From Coleofasciculus sp. B1-GNL1-01 (lineage in GTDB: Bacteria > Cyanobacteriota > Cyanobacteriia > Cyanobacteriales > Coleofasciculaceae), in assembly GCA_040220235.1 (NCBI GenBank), contig JAVJTO010000097.1: a stretch of DNA of 44,526 nucleotides, one strand, 5' to 3'. Below the pieces are notes generated by a model that was not told the origin of the DNA, did no database searches, and saw only the letters and a list, made by a program, of their open reading frames with translations. Both the position numbers and the translations under genes were made by a program. Below are positions 28,095 to 38,742 of the stretch, in pieces. Each line of letters starts with the position of its first letter. Position 1 is the first letter of the stretch.

Positions 28095-31000
28095 GAAATA
28101 CGACGAAATGGTATGCACCTCTAAAGAACGATTTAGATAAAGAGTTATGTGAGATCGAGTTAGGACTTTACCTGTTGAGCGTCTTACTTCCTAGCGCCAC
28201 AGCGAACAGTCTTTGGGTGCTACTGACTGGTTATCCTATCTCACATCCAGAATGCCAAAATTGGACGGAAAATCAGTATCGAATGTTAGCGATCGCTCGT
28301 CATCTCTTACCACACTTCGATAGTCCATTTATCTGGAACGAAGCCCTACAGCGTTATCGAGATTTTCCGTCAGATAGTCGTGGGTATGAAGTAGGGGAAT
28401 CTTGGCAATATCTAAGGCGAACCAATATTACAGTTGCCAATCACCGATTCCAGATTTACAACGATACCTTAAATCAGTCAGTCGAGTTATCGCAAAGAAA
28501 GGCGATTGCCTGGGCTAAAGCTGGAAAGTATAAGTGTGAAGTAAAAGGGAAAAAGGAAACTGTTGCGATATCGCCTCTAATTGCGAATTTCCAACGTCCA
28601 CAAAATCACAATATAGCTGGTGTGCCGTTGAGAAATCCACTGCAACTATCTTGGGCTGAACTTAGGGAAACAGCCGCATGGATGGATGAGCAAAGAAGTA
28701 ATAGGGGACTAAACTCAAAGTGGGTAAGTCTTTTTAGTAAAATCCAACTACAAGTATTTAACGATACCCAAGAATTAGTTGATGCTGAGACTTTAACCAT
28801 CAATAAAATCCGGCATTTAGTCGGGATGGTGTCATCCGGCAAGTCCAACTTGATGAAAGTTTTGGCAGTCTGTGCGTGGCGTAAGAAATTGCACGTTACG
28901 CTAGTTGTAGCGGATGTGCTACAAATCTTTGAGTTGACTAAAATGTTTGCCGAAGTTGGAATTACTGATGTGGCTCCTATCTTGGGGAATTCCAATAAAG
29001 CCAGCCACTTAAATAGATTACACAAAGCCGTTTATAACTCTAATCCAAATGAAGCGTTTAACCAAAATCATCCGGCGTTCCAATGGCTGAGTAATACTTG
29101 CCTATTGACCCCTTCTGTTAAGCCGGAGATGGAAATACCATTTGAAATGGGTATGCAGCCATGTTTGAACTTAGAACCTATAGAGACAAGCAACGAAGAT
29201 GAATCAGAACTATCATCTAAGCACAAAGCTTGTCCAGCTTACGGTGTATGTCCCTCTCATAAAAAAAACTGCGATCTCGTTAACGCTTCTATCTGGATTG
29301 CCACACCAGGAAGCTTAGTTTATAGCAGGGTTCCACGATCAATAAACCGAGAGAGTATCCTGTATTTTGAATTGGTTTGTAGGCGCAGTGATTTGGTCAT
29401 TGTGGATGAAGTTGACCAACACCAAGCCTATCTGGATAAAGCATTTAGTCCTGATAAGACATTGTGCAGACCTGCAAGAGATGCTTGGTTGAACAAGCTC
29501 CACGATTATGTTGAAGACAAATTAAAGCAGAAAAAGTCAAGACTGCTTGAAAATGATATTGTCTCAGATTGGTGGGACGCTTGCCGTATAGCTAACGGCA
29601 CAGCCGATAAAATCTACCACCTATTGAGCAATGAAAATGACTTAGCTAAATGGCGAGACTCTAAGCATTATTTCACGGACTGGCTCTTGTTGCGAGAGGT
29701 GGCTACGTTACTAACAAGGACAGACCCGGATAATGTAGAACAACCTCAACAATGTGATGCCTTAATGAAGGGTACGTTTGAACTCTATATCAGAAACTTA
29801 GACAACGAGCATAATCCCTTATTTCCGTTGGCTAAAAAAGACAAAAAACGTGCAGCTATTCGGACATGGGTTGAGCAAACTGCAACGATTCCCTTGTCTT
29901 CGGAAAAAATCAATGAAATTTCCGTCAAATTAGAGTTTGCTTTGCTGGTCTGTGTTCTGCAAAGTAAGCTCTCCTTGATGATGATCAAATGGCGACAGGT
30001 GCAAGGAATCCTAAATCTGGATACATCAGATTCAATGTGGTTTGATGCTCCCCCACCAGACTTTAATGCCGTTATTCCAGCAATGCCAATGGGAAATCAA
30101 CTGGCATTTCAGTACCACAAATCCTACAAAGAGTCATTAGGTAGCTTACAGTTTTTTCGTTGCACGGGCGTTGGACGTTGGTTGTTACTGCATTTTGATG
30201 AATTATTCAAAGCAGATGCTATTGCCAGTCCCCACTTATTGCTGATGTCGGGAACAAGTTGGGCGGGAAAATCACCTGCCTATCATGTTGATGTACCTGT
30301 TTATGGAGTACTTGTACCAGATACATCAAAGGAAATGGTCATAAGTTCAACGTTTTTACCCTTCTTTGATAAGCATCAAAACGCTATCTCTGTGTCGGGA
30401 GCAGGAGATAATAAGCGTCGTAACCTAGAACAAATTGTTACTAAGTTAGTAGAAGAGGATTATCTAACTGACAAACTCAAAGCGTTGAATGGGAGAAAAA
30501 TCTCATTAATGGTTAACAGCTATGAACAAGTTGACTGGGTTTACCAGCGTCTGGTTGATTTAGGATGGAAGGATCAAGTTATCCCTCTATCTCCTGATGA
30601 TGAAATTCATAAGGAGTGGCATAATGAGCGGGATAATCGTCATGCATTGCAGCGGGGACGATCGCCGGATTTTGCGACAAGATCGGAAACAATTTTGATT
30701 AGTCCAATTAAAGCCTTTGAGCGAGGGCATAATATTGTTGATGAGAATGGAATAGCTGTAATTGGAGCAGCTTACTTTCTCGTTTTACCTCACCCTGTTC
30801 CTGATGATTTATCTTATGCCATTCACTCCATCAACCGTTGGGCAATCGATCATTATAAAACGGCTACAGGGGAAACCTTGAGGGAATTAGGCGAGGATTT
30901 TCGTGACACGGCATATCGTCAATGGCTTCACCTGCTGCACCTCTCAGTAAAATTAAGGACGCTACCTGTAGACGATCGCGAGGCTGTGCAGTGGGATATT

Positions 31001-31294
31001 CTTGTTTCTCTTTGGCAAGTAATAGGGCGTCTAATTCGTGGTAATGCCAATGCACAAGTTTTTTGGTGCGACGCTAAATTTGGGATAAATACTGCTAGAA
31101 ACCAAGATGGAAAAGAAGATATTGCTGCTACCAGTGTCCTGGTCGGGATTGTAAATTTACTGCGTCCTTATTTTGAAAATGATCCACAAATTCCTCGGCG
31201 CAATCGCTTGGTTGTACAATCTCTCTATCGCCCTTTTTATTGTGCGATCGCTAAAACTAGAAAGCTTTCTGGTTTACCCCAAGTCAATCTCTAA
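28091..31294 (+). CDS. DinG-like SF2 helicase of the pPIWI_RE island
   Basis: EIELGLYLL N-terminal domain, Walker A GMVSSGKS, Cys cluster, IWIATP, Walker B IVDEVD, MSGTSW, ERGHNI, QVIGRLIRG. Confidence 0.88.
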   Translation: MRNTTKWYAPLKNDLDKELCEIELGLYLLSVLLPSATANSLWVLLTGYPISHPECQNWTENQYRMLAIARHLLPHFDSPFIWNEALQRYRDFPSDSRGYEVGESWQYLRRTNITVANHRFQIYNDTLNQSVELSQRKAIAWAKAGKYKCEVKGKKETVAISPLIANFQRPQNHNIAGVPLRNPLQLSWAELRETAAWMDEQRSNRGLNSKWVSLFSKIQLQVFNDTQELVDAETLTINKIRHLVGMVSSGKSNLMKVLAVCAWRKKLHVTLVVADVLQIFELTKMFAEVGITDVAPILGNSNKASHLNRLHKAVYNSNPNEAFNQNHPAFQWLSNTCLLTPSVKPEMEIPFEMGMQPCLNLEPIETSNEDESELSSKHKACPAYGVCPSHKKNCDLVNASIWIATPGSLVYSRVPRSINRESILYFELVCRRSDLVIVDEVDQHQAYLDKAFSPDKTLCRPARDAWLNKLHDYVEDKLKQKKSRLLENDIVSDWWDACRIANGTADKIYHLLSNENDLAKWRDSKHYFTDWLLLREVATLLTRTDPDNVEQPQQCDALMKGTFELYIRNLDNEHNPLFPLAKKDKKRAAIRTWVEQTATIPLSSEKINEISVKLEFALLVCVLQSKLSLMMIKWRQVQGILNLDTSDSMWFDAPPPDFNAVIPAMPMGNQLAFQYHKSYKESLGSLQFFRCTGVGRWLLLHFDELFKADAIASPHLLLMSGTSWAGKSPAYHVDVPVYGVLVPDTSKEMVISSTFLPFFDKHQNAISVSGAGDNKRRNLEQIVTKLVEEDYLTDKLKALNGRKISLMVNSYEQVDWVYQRLVDLGWKDQVIPLSPDDEIHKEWHNERDNRHALQRGRSPDFATRSETILISPIKAFERGHNIVDENGIAVIGAAYFLVLPHPVPDDLSYAIHSINRWAIDHYKTATGETLRELGEDFRDTAYRQWLHLLHLSVKLRTLPVDDREAVQWDILVSLWQVIGRLIRGNANAQVFWCDAKFGINTARNQDGKEDIAATSVLVGIVNLLRPYFENDPQIPRRNRLVVQSLYRPFYCAIAKTRKLSGLPQVNL

Positions 31295-31314
31295 TTACTT
31301 ATAGGTTATTACTC

Positions 31315-34203
31315 ATGGTCTACCCAACAATCCGTTTATGCGCTTTCCACTTAAAATCTGACTTGCCACCTCAAGAGTTTTTTGGATTAAAGTTTCCCGA
31401 TGATGCCAAGCAACAAATAAGACGACTTACTGCCAAGCGGGATAATAAAGCGATTGAACAAGCCAGCCTTCCCGTGAAGTCTCTCAATAGAGCATTAACA
31501 CTAGCTCCTGGTTTAATTTACATTGGCAAACCGTCGCCGAAACCAGGGGAGTTTTGGTTATACAGCCCCCACCAACTCCCCCCAAAATATTTGGAGGCTA
31601 TTTTATCTTATTGGATAGATACAGAATTTCCCGAAAAACCAAGTAATAAAAGGAAAGTTGGCATCACTGCTCAGGAACGAGAATTGGCGATGAGTTATCT
31701 GTCTGCCGAAAAATTGGTTTGGGAAAGGAAAGAGGTATCCTATCCAAAGCAGTTTACAACGTATCCAAATGGAACCGCTAAACTCTCTGGCAATGATTTT
31801 ATTTTGTTGCCTCACATTCTAGCGAAAGAACTAACCCAACCAGGATTAAAGTTTGAAGTGGATGGCGAAAAACTTCAGTTTTACCGAACGATACCATCAA
31901 GTGGGCAAGGAGCCGAGTTAATATCTTGGCAGCCGTTAAATTATACAGAAGACGGACAAACTTACTATTATTCAATAGTTTTAACAGTGAGGATGGTACA
32001 GGAACCTGATTTGCATTATCCCCGATTAGATGTTAAGCCAAGCATTAGGCGCTGGCTCAGTGTAAACGATTCTAAATTGTCAAAAAATCACGGTAGTAAC
32101 GCCTGCATCCGCGCCCAACTGAATTGGGGACAAGCACTAAATCCTGATCAGTGGACAGACTATTTTCTTTCTTGCCGGATGGTATTAAAGAAAGGTGTAG
32201 CAGACTGGGATGAAAACCTAGCTATATTGTTGGAAAAATTAGACATTCTTTCAGTGACTCCGCAACAAATAGTAGCTAATCCCTCAGACGCTTTAAGCGG
32301 TAAACCTAACATTGGCATTGCCTATAAAGAAGGGATGAAACCCAACCATAAAGTAGCGAAAGGATTACCTACAGCTAATACTAACGAACTCTTAAGCCAA
32401 ATAGCTGATGTCTTAAAAGACTATTGGCAACCGATAGATTGTCAACGTGAGAAATATGATACAGACAAGCAGTCAAGTCAGTTCTTTGACTTGAAAAAGC
32501 CCAAAAAAAGTTTTGATGAGCCTATCCTTAGAAAAAAAGCAGAAACCGAAAAGCAATTTGCCGTCAGAGAAGAAAGATTGTTAAGCAAACAGGAAACTGA
32601 ACTAAAAAAATGTATCAAGAAAAAAAGAGAGTCTGAATCAGATTACCAATTGCGCCGCCAAGAACTCTTAAAAAAACAGGAGTCAGAACGTCTTAGCTGG
32701 AAACCAGAACCAGAAGAGAAGGACAATAAATTTCAGGAGAGGCTGGAGCAGTTTTATGAAGAGCGTAGTGGTGAACAAGCAACATTGCGGCGTGCAATTT
32801 GTTCATCCGTTGGCGAACATTTAACCATTTGGATTTGGTACATCAACGAAGAAAATCTGGTAGAACGTCTCAAAGCAATAAAGTACTGCTTAGGGTTGCC
32901 AGATGCAGAACCCGGAAGTTACTCGTTCCCGGAAGGTTTAACAGTGACTATCTGTGTGGAGGAAGTGGCTGGTTTAGCACAACGCTTAGATTTATCTCCT
33001 GAATTTAAACCGAAGAGTACAGAGCGAGAAAAAGCGATAAAGAAGCGAAGGCGTGAAGTCGCTGCTCTTGTGCAGCCTGTTCAATCAAAACTACGTGGTA
33101 AAGTGGGGGTTTGGTTTGAACTTTATGATAAAAAACATTGGAAGTTTGTAGAAAGAAAGGACGAGGGTAAAGGAAATGAAACTAAATATAAGTTAGCCCC
33201 TTGGGGAGACCCAAAACGTGCGATTCGTCTCGGTTTTGCGGATCAGGGACTTGTCAGCCAGTTTATTACTCCCAAACCAACAAGTTATTCTCAAAAAGCG
33301 ATCAGTAGCTTTATCGACCTATTGCGCTCTCTAGGAGTGCGGATGGCTCCATCTTACCTAACACTTCCCAATGTAGACCCAGATACTCCTATCAATGAAG
33401 TAGGGCTATGGTTGGTCAATCGTACTTCCGAAACTAGCGCTGATGCGAAACCCCAAACAATTCCCGTCATTGTCAAAATGTCTTCTCGGACGGCTGAAAT
33501 CACTGCTATTTTCCCCGGTTTAGAATCGTGGATACCATATCATGAAGCCTTGACTCGCATAAACAAGGAGGGAAAAGGCTTTACCAATGACGATAAAAGT
33601 AAAGCTAAAATTAGAACATTTATTCAGCAGACTCTCAACAAAAAAGAGTTAAGAGGTAAGCCGACATTACTTTACTGTTTAGCTCAGAATATCCGTCAGC
33701 AATGGACGTGGCTACAGGATAGACAAATTTCCGTCAAGGGATTATCGTTTGCCGAGCGAGACCAACCTGTTTTTGAGGAATTCCCTGGACTGCGGGTTAT
33801 CCGATTACGCTCTGGGGATGAAACATCAGAGTGGTTTGGCATGAAGGGAAAAAAAGTATCTGGATTTATTACTGGTCTATTCAGGAATTTAGACAATGAC
33901 CGTGTATTTTTTAGTCTTGGTAAGAAGTCTTCGACGATGAGTGACATTGCCAACAATTTATCGAGGATAGAGCAACCCGAAAAATCTTGGAGGCACCCTT
34001 CTCTGGTTGAGATTACCATAGGTTACTATCAAGACGATGACAAGGACAACTTACTCGACTTAGCCGCGATCGCTCACGAATCCCGTCATGGCGTTTTGCA
34101 ATACGAAGACTTCTTAGAAGTGCCTAGAGTCCTTCATTACGCTAAACAGATGGCTGATTATGTCCTCATGCTAGATGACGATTACGAGCAATTTGATGAC
34201 TAG
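31315..34203 (+). CDS. pPIWI_RE (prokaryotic PIWI/Argonaute-related protein; X, MID and RNase H-like domains)
   Basis: Third gene after REase and helicase. LPVKSLN, SWQP, SIRRW, DPKRAIRLGFA..G.VSQF (MID), VGLWLV, AQNIRQQWTWLQD, RVIRLR..E (R/E signature), P..LHYA. Confidence 0.9.
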   Translation: MVYPTIRLCAFHLKSDLPPQEFFGLKFPDDAKQQIRRLTAKRDNKAIEQASLPVKSLNRALTLAPGLIYIGKPSPKPGEFWLYSPHQLPPKYLEAILSYWIDTEFPEKPSNKRKVGITAQERELAMSYLSAEKLVWERKEVSYPKQFTTYPNGTAKLSGNDFILLPHILAKELTQPGLKFEVDGEKLQFYRTIPSSGQGAELISWQPLNYTEDGQTYYYSIVLTVRMVQEPDLHYPRLDVKPSIRRWLSVNDSKLSKNHGSNACIRAQLNWGQALNPDQWTDYFLSCRMVLKKGVADWDENLAILLEKLDILSVTPQQIVANPSDALSGKPNIGIAYKEGMKPNHKVAKGLPTANTNELLSQIADVLKDYWQPIDCQREKYDTDKQSSQFFDLKKPKKSFDEPILRKKAETEKQFAVREERLLSKQETELKKCIKKKRESESDYQLRRQELLKKQESERLSWKPEPEEKDNKFQERLEQFYEERSGEQATLRRAICSSVGEHLTIWIWYINEENLVERLKAIKYCLGLPDAEPGSYSFPEGLTVTICVEEVAGLAQRLDLSPEFKPKSTEREKAIKKRRREVAALVQPVQSKLRGKVGVWFELYDKKHWKFVERKDEGKGNETKYKLAPWGDPKRAIRLGFADQGLVSQFITPKPTSYSQKAISSFIDLLRSLGVRMAPSYLTLPNVDPDTPINEVGLWLVNRTSETSADAKPQTIPVIVKMSSRTAEITAIFPGLESWIPYHEALTRINKEGKGFTNDDKSKAKIRTFIQQTLNKKELRGKPTLLYCLAQNIRQQWTWLQDRQISVKGLSFAERDQPVFEEFPGLRVIRLRSGDETSEWFGMKGKKVSGFITGLFRNLDNDRVFFSLGKKSSTMSDIANNLSRIEQPEKSWRHPSLVEITIGYYQDDDKDNLLDLAAIAHESRHGVLQYEDFLEVPRVLHYAKQMADYVLMLDDDYEQFDD

Positions 34204-34391
34204 CGCTGTACTCTAGCACGTCCAGGGATAAAGCTTGAGTCTTGGCATAATACATTTGCACTGGGGAAACTATCAGATCGGTCAAGTATTCCGAGAAACC
34301 GGGTTTTTCATGAGGATAACAACGAAATATCAAGCTTTCACCCCAAGAAACCCGGTTTCTTGACCGATGTCCTAGAGAAACTTCCGATCAA

Positions 34392-34419
34392 AATACCCCA
34401 GCGTTAAAGCTGGGGTATT
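34392..34419. terminator. Probable bidirectional intrinsic terminator
   Basis: 11-bp perfect stem AATACCCCAGC/GCTGGGGTATT with a 6-nt loop, located between convergent genes. Confidence 0.6.
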
Positions 34420-34504
34420 CATTTATTAAATTTTTTCTGTTATAGATTGGGGGAATAGAATCCCTGGTCGAATGGTAGTCTGAAGTAGACCTTAACGTCA
34501 AAAA

Positions 34505-34765
34505 CTACCGTCTTTTGGTAGGAGAGAGAGTAACCAATTCAGCGGCTGTTTTCCGGAAGGGATATAACCGTTCGATCCCCAGAAGCGACAGAACAATCAA
34601 AACCTGAATAGCCCACGGTGCCATAGCAAACCCAAAAATTAAGCAAAATATAGCACTACCTATAGCTAAAACCCGGGAAACTTCGTGAGAGGCGCGTAAA
34701 GACAGCCAGAGACTTGCGATGGCGCTGATCAAGAGAATCAGGAAGATTGGAAGCATAGCAATCAC
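34505..34765 (-). CDS. Small hydrophobic membrane protein
   Basis: 86-aa ORF with 2-3 hydrophobic helices, an APW..Q motif and GAGG upstream. Confidence 0.7.
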   Translation of the reverse strand: MIAMLPIFLILLISAIASLWLSLRASHEVSRVLAIGSAIFCLIFGFAMAPWAIQVLIVLSLLGIERLYPFRKTAAELVTLSPTKRR

Positions 34766-34914
34766 CTCTTAAAAGTTCCTAGAGGGCTTCCATCCGATTC
34801 AACGACTGCGAAACCCTCAATGCTATCTACGCTAACATTGATTGATTAGAGAAAATTGTAATATTAATAACCAGTTCAGCTTTTTTCAGAAATCTTTGCA
34901 TAACTTCGCATTCT

Positions 34915-36537
34915 TCAGGCAAAGGTGGAAGCATTTGCCTGCAAAAATCCGCATAACCAGTCCTTCAAGTGATAAGTAGCACGGCAATCATCTTCATTGT
35001 AGCGTTGAATAATCTCCAGTACCGTGCGATCGCCTGTTGTCAGCCACTGTTCATAGAGACAGACGCATTGAGAACCCGTTACCGCCGCATCGCGCCACTC
35101 AAAGCCTAACCACCGCGCTAAATGTTTGAGTGAATAGCTTTCCACGGGTAAGGTTACGGTACTCATAACCTGCTGATGAACATCGACAAAGCGCGACAGT
35201 AAGGGCTGTAGGTGGGTGAAGGGGGTTTTGTAAAGTTTAGCTAAGCGCTTGACGGTTTCGACTTCATAATCCGAAAAATGAAAGATGGGAGCATCGGGGT
35301 AGAGCCACACCAACTCTAAAAATTGCTGCCAGATGAGGGCTTCATCGTCGGGATGTTCTGCCAAGAAGGGGTGAAATGTCTCAGTATTGGTGGAGCGATC
35401 AACTACCAAGATACCTAGTAAATAGTCCAGGTTTAAGTCGGGTTGAGCCTCGATATCAAAGAAGAGTTCGACAGAGGCTTGGGGTAATCGATCCGTATAT
35501 CCCATCGAAGGCTGAAACTCTGAGTAAGAATTAACTCCAGCACCATTTGCATTGTTCTCCGATTCCGTCAACCTGTCGAATGGTGGAGTCTCCGTCGCTG
35601 GCTCAAATCTCTGACGCAGAATCACCCGATTGTACTGAATCGATTGAGCCTGTTGCACTAAATTTAATGCCACTTCGTTGCCAAACTCGGATGCCAAGGT
35701 GCTAATTTCAGCTTGGGCAAGGGATTCCACCGTCGTTATCCCTAACTCCTGTAAACTTTGGTAGCGCTTTGGCGTAACACCGGGTATCAACGAAATATGC
35801 TTTTGAGATTGGGCGATCGCATAACAGCTACTATGCCAATGGCAAAGACCGCATTTTTGCCGTGAAATAAAGACTTCCGGTGCTTGAGCTTGTCCCAACG
35901 TTTGGATACAGTCTGCCAAATCCGCTTGCATCAGGGGTAGCCATTTATCCAGAGTCACCGAGTAGGCATTTTGACGACGTAAAATTAACCAAGCCTGACT
36001 GGGCAAACTCCCCTGTATTTCAGCCAAAAGATGGGCATGAAACGCCGCGATGATTTGATAATCTGCCTTAGCCCGCCTGCCGAATTTAATCGAGACTGGA
36101 ACATACATCCAATCCCCGAAAATCGAGTGTCCCGGCTGTTTGAGCAATAAATCAGGAGAACCCAGCAGCGTGACTCCCTCAACCGTTTGCCTGAGCAAAA
36201 GTCCCTTAGCGATACAATCGACGCCTTGCTGCATCAACTCCCACGTCGCCTGCGCTCCCGCTTGCCAATCATCTCGCCCATAGTTAGGGGTTTGTATCGG
36301 TGTCAGGTTTGCTCCAGTCGGTAACAAGGATAGGAGTGGACTTTCTCCCGCAGAACCATAGCTTCCCTCGTATTCTGCGCTTTTGAGGATAGCTTGCCGA
36401 TGCGCCGAACTATCTTGGCGCAGTTTCAGCAGAAAATCTTGGGGCGGATCTTTTTGACTCGGATCACCCGAATAATCGAGAAACGCTCGACGCCGACAGC
36501 GTTTGTAATAGAGGAGCAATTCATCCGTCAGCAGCAT
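34915..36537 (-). CDS. TM0106-family RecB-like putative nuclease with C-terminal RNase H-like domain
   Basis: YKRCRRRAFLD, PDLL, CGLCHW...C, HhH-like IPGVT, FFDIEA, SYSLK, YNEDDC. Start taken at ATG 36537. Confidence 0.88.
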   Translation of the reverse strand: MLLTDELLLYYKRCRRRAFLDYSGDPSQKDPPQDFLLKLRQDSSAHRQAILKSAEYEGSYGSAGESPLLSLLPTGANLTPIQTPNYGRDDWQAGAQATWELMQQGVDCIAKGLLLRQTVEGVTLLGSPDLLLKQPGHSIFGDWMYVPVSIKFGRRAKADYQIIAAFHAHLLAEIQGSLPSQAWLILRRQNAYSVTLDKWLPLMQADLADCIQTLGQAQAPEVFISRQKCGLCHWHSSCYAIAQSQKHISLIPGVTPKRYQSLQELGITTVESLAQAEISTLASEFGNEVALNLVQQAQSIQYNRVILRQRFEPATETPPFDRLTESENNANGAGVNSYSEFQPSMGYTDRLPQASVELFFDIEAQPDLNLDYLLGILVVDRSTNTETFHPFLAEHPDDEALIWQQFLELVWLYPDAPIFHFSDYEVETVKRLAKLYKTPFTHLQPLLSRFVDVHQQVMSTVTLPVESYSLKHLARWLGFEWRDAAVTGSQCVCLYEQWLTTGDRTVLEIIQRYNEDDCRATYHLKDWLCGFLQANASTFA

Positions 36538-36845
36538 AGCTTCATTGAGGATTGGGGATTGGGAATTTGTGATGGAGGATTGGTGATTGCTCATATTCGC
36601 GAAGCGCCAAGCACGCTCCGTCATTTTTCGTAGCACAGGGAACAAGGACTTTAAATTCATAATTCAAAACTCGTAGCTTAAAACTCGGTTAGGGCGGGTT
36701 TTGAATAAACGTTATCATTTATAGCTTGTGTGAAAGTTCATAAACCCGCCCCTACACACTCAAAACTCAACATGAATCGCGGGAATCCCCGTCCTCCACG
36801 CGCCATCAGGGGGAGGGATAGCGGGGCGACGTAGGTACGGAGTCG

Positions 36846-37115
36846 CTAGTGCAGTGCTGCGGAAATACTTGAGCAGCTTCGTAGATACGATGAAGCAGGG
36901 GAAGCAGGGGAAGCAGGGGAAGCAGGGGAAGCAGGGGAAGCAGGGGGAGATATTAGCTGTTCAGTTATAGCACTACGCACACAGGTTAGGACAAAAGAAG
37001 AAAAATTTAAATCGCTCAATCCCTTGATGAGTCAGTGTTTTTCTTCAAAGAAAGCCCATTGCCTATTGCAAGAAAGCCTAGCGCGTAGCGCTATATTTCT
37101 GCCGTCTTGCACTAG
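36846..37115. mobile_element. Putative MITE with CTAGTGCA...G(C/G)AAATA-type inverted ends, containing a GAAGCAGGG tract and a nested MITE
   Basis: Left end CTAGTGCAGTGCTGCGGAAATA, right end TATTTCTGCCGTCTTGCACTAG. A 9-mer tract lies at about 36892-36946. Confidence 0.55.
36966..37095. mobile_element. MITE with TATAGC(A/G)CTACGC TIRs
   Basis: Same TIRs and AGGTTAGGACA...AAATCGCT interior as 5058-5208. Confidence 0.78.
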
Positions 37116-37376
37116 TGCAGCGCGGCAGAAATACAAGAGCCGCTCATCTTAAGTTAAAATGGAACGATCAATCCAAAAAACTGGATGACCCAATCAACTT
37201 TTCCCTAAGTAGGTTGGTGGAAATAAGCCGAACTATGTTAAGTTCTGTGAATGTTCCTCAAACCCTTACATAATCGAATGACGAATGACGAATGACGAAT
37301 GACGATCAAAGCCGTTAAATTTAATTGTCCCCACCTACTTACTGTCCTCAAAACTTAAAACTTTTTTCCACACAGG

Positions 37377-37967
37377 ATGCAACTTTTCGCAGTTATTATT
37401 AATGGTCACTGGCAACCCGGAATCGGTGATCCTACGTTTATGGGCTGGTTTACAGTCGTAGCGTATTTTATCACAGCGTTATTGTGCCTGATCAGTGCCT
37501 TACCTCATCGGCTCGTCTTCCCTCTACAGCGAGTGAGTCAAATTCGTTGGCTATGGGGATTCTTCGCTATTCTTTTATTATTGCTAGGTATTAATAAGCA
37601 ATTAGATCTACAGTCTTTGGTGACTGTAGTAGGCAAGGAATTAGCGCTATCTCAGGGTTGGTATCAGCAGCGTCGGATGGTTCAGACGCAATTTATTCTA
37701 GGAATTGTGATTGCGGCGTTACTTTTAGTTTCGGTAATTGGACGCGCCATCTATGCTGAACGGCAAACCTATCGGTTAGCGCTTTTAGGTTTAATGTTCC
37801 TTTCTTGTTTTATTGTCATTCGTGCCTCATCCTTTCATCATATTGATGCCTTGATCGGTTGGCAAGTAGCCGGATTAAGGATGAACTGGATATTAGAAAT
37901 AGGGGGTATCGCTTGTATCGCTATTGCCGCAATCAGGACTATTTTCAAGCGAATGTTACTGACTTAA
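37377..37967 (+). CDS. Conserved-looking multi-pass membrane protein, function unknown
   Basis: About 5 TM helices; W.PGIGDPTFMGW, INKQLDLQS and RASSFHH.D motifs. Confidence 0.75.
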   Translation: MQLFAVIINGHWQPGIGDPTFMGWFTVVAYFITALLCLISALPHRLVFPLQRVSQIRWLWGFFAILLLLLGINKQLDLQSLVTVVGKELALSQGWYQQRRMVQTQFILGIVIAALLLVSVIGRAIYAERQTYRLALLGLMFLSCFIVIRASSFHHIDALIGWQVAGLRMNWILEIGGIACIAIAAIRTIFKRMLLT

Positions 37968-37990
37968 ACCCGCCCTTACACACTCAAAAC

Positions 37991-38698
37991 TCAGACTAAG
38001 GGAAATAGTTGATGAAGGTAAAACGCCAAAGCAGCACTGGCTACAGGTACGGTAAGATTATCCATACCCCACTTTGAGAACAGTTCTAAACCGGTAGCCC
38101 CTAACGCCACAGCGATAGGGAGTAACCACGTTTGCCAAACATGACCCTGAACCCCAAGTAGAATTAAACAACTGACCCCATAGCTGATTAGAGTCATTGT
38201 CAAAGAACCTTCCCAGCTTTTTGTCATCCCCCAGATTTGGTACTTATGCTGCCCAAATCGCTGACCAATTAATCCCGCTAGTCCATCTCCCCAGGTCATG
38301 ATTAAAATTCCAATTGCGGCATAGTGGAAGTGATGGGGTGACCAAAACCAAGCGATGAGGATACCTATACTCACTGCATAGAAGAATGTGCCAAAACTTC
38401 TACGTCCCACACTGTTGATACCGGGCAGCAATGGCACATAATACGACAAAAGTGCGATCGCGCTAGCGATGATGGATGCGGTTATACCAACCCAGGCGGG
38501 AATTTGTAACCACCAAGCCACCAAAATCACATTGCCAGTACCGATATGAACAACTTTGCGTGCTAATTCTGAATTCGTAGAAGTCCGGCGATGGAGTGTC
38601 TCAGCGGATAGCACAATCACGCCTAGCCCTAGTGCCACAATACTAATGTGGAGCCATAACACCGGAATTGATTCTAACAAAGGTATTGAGTCAAGCAA
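37991..38698 (-). CDS. Phytol kinase / polyprenol kinase-family membrane protein
   Basis: [31 protein letters not shown]. Confidence 0.85.
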   Translation of the reverse strand: MLDSIPLLESIPVLWLHISIVALGLGVIVLSAETLHRRTSTNSELARKVVHIGTGNVILVAWWLQIPAWVGITASIIASAIALLSYYVPLLPGINSVGRRSFGTFFYAVSIGILIAWFWSPHHFHYAAIGILIMTWGDGLAGLIGQRFGQHKYQIWGMTKSWEGSLTMTLISYGVSCLILLGVQGHVWQTWLLPIAVALGATGLELFSKWGMDNLTVPVASAALAFYLHQLFPLV

Positions 38699-38742
38699 GA
38701 GTTAACCCGAATAACAGAGGAGTGCCTATAACACTCTATTAC

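Noticed and set aside
34915..36537. TM0106 nuclease as a fourth pPIWI_RE component or Cas4
   Set aside because: It is on the opposite strand, separated by a terminator and another gene, and the family is commonly stand-alone in cyanobacteria.
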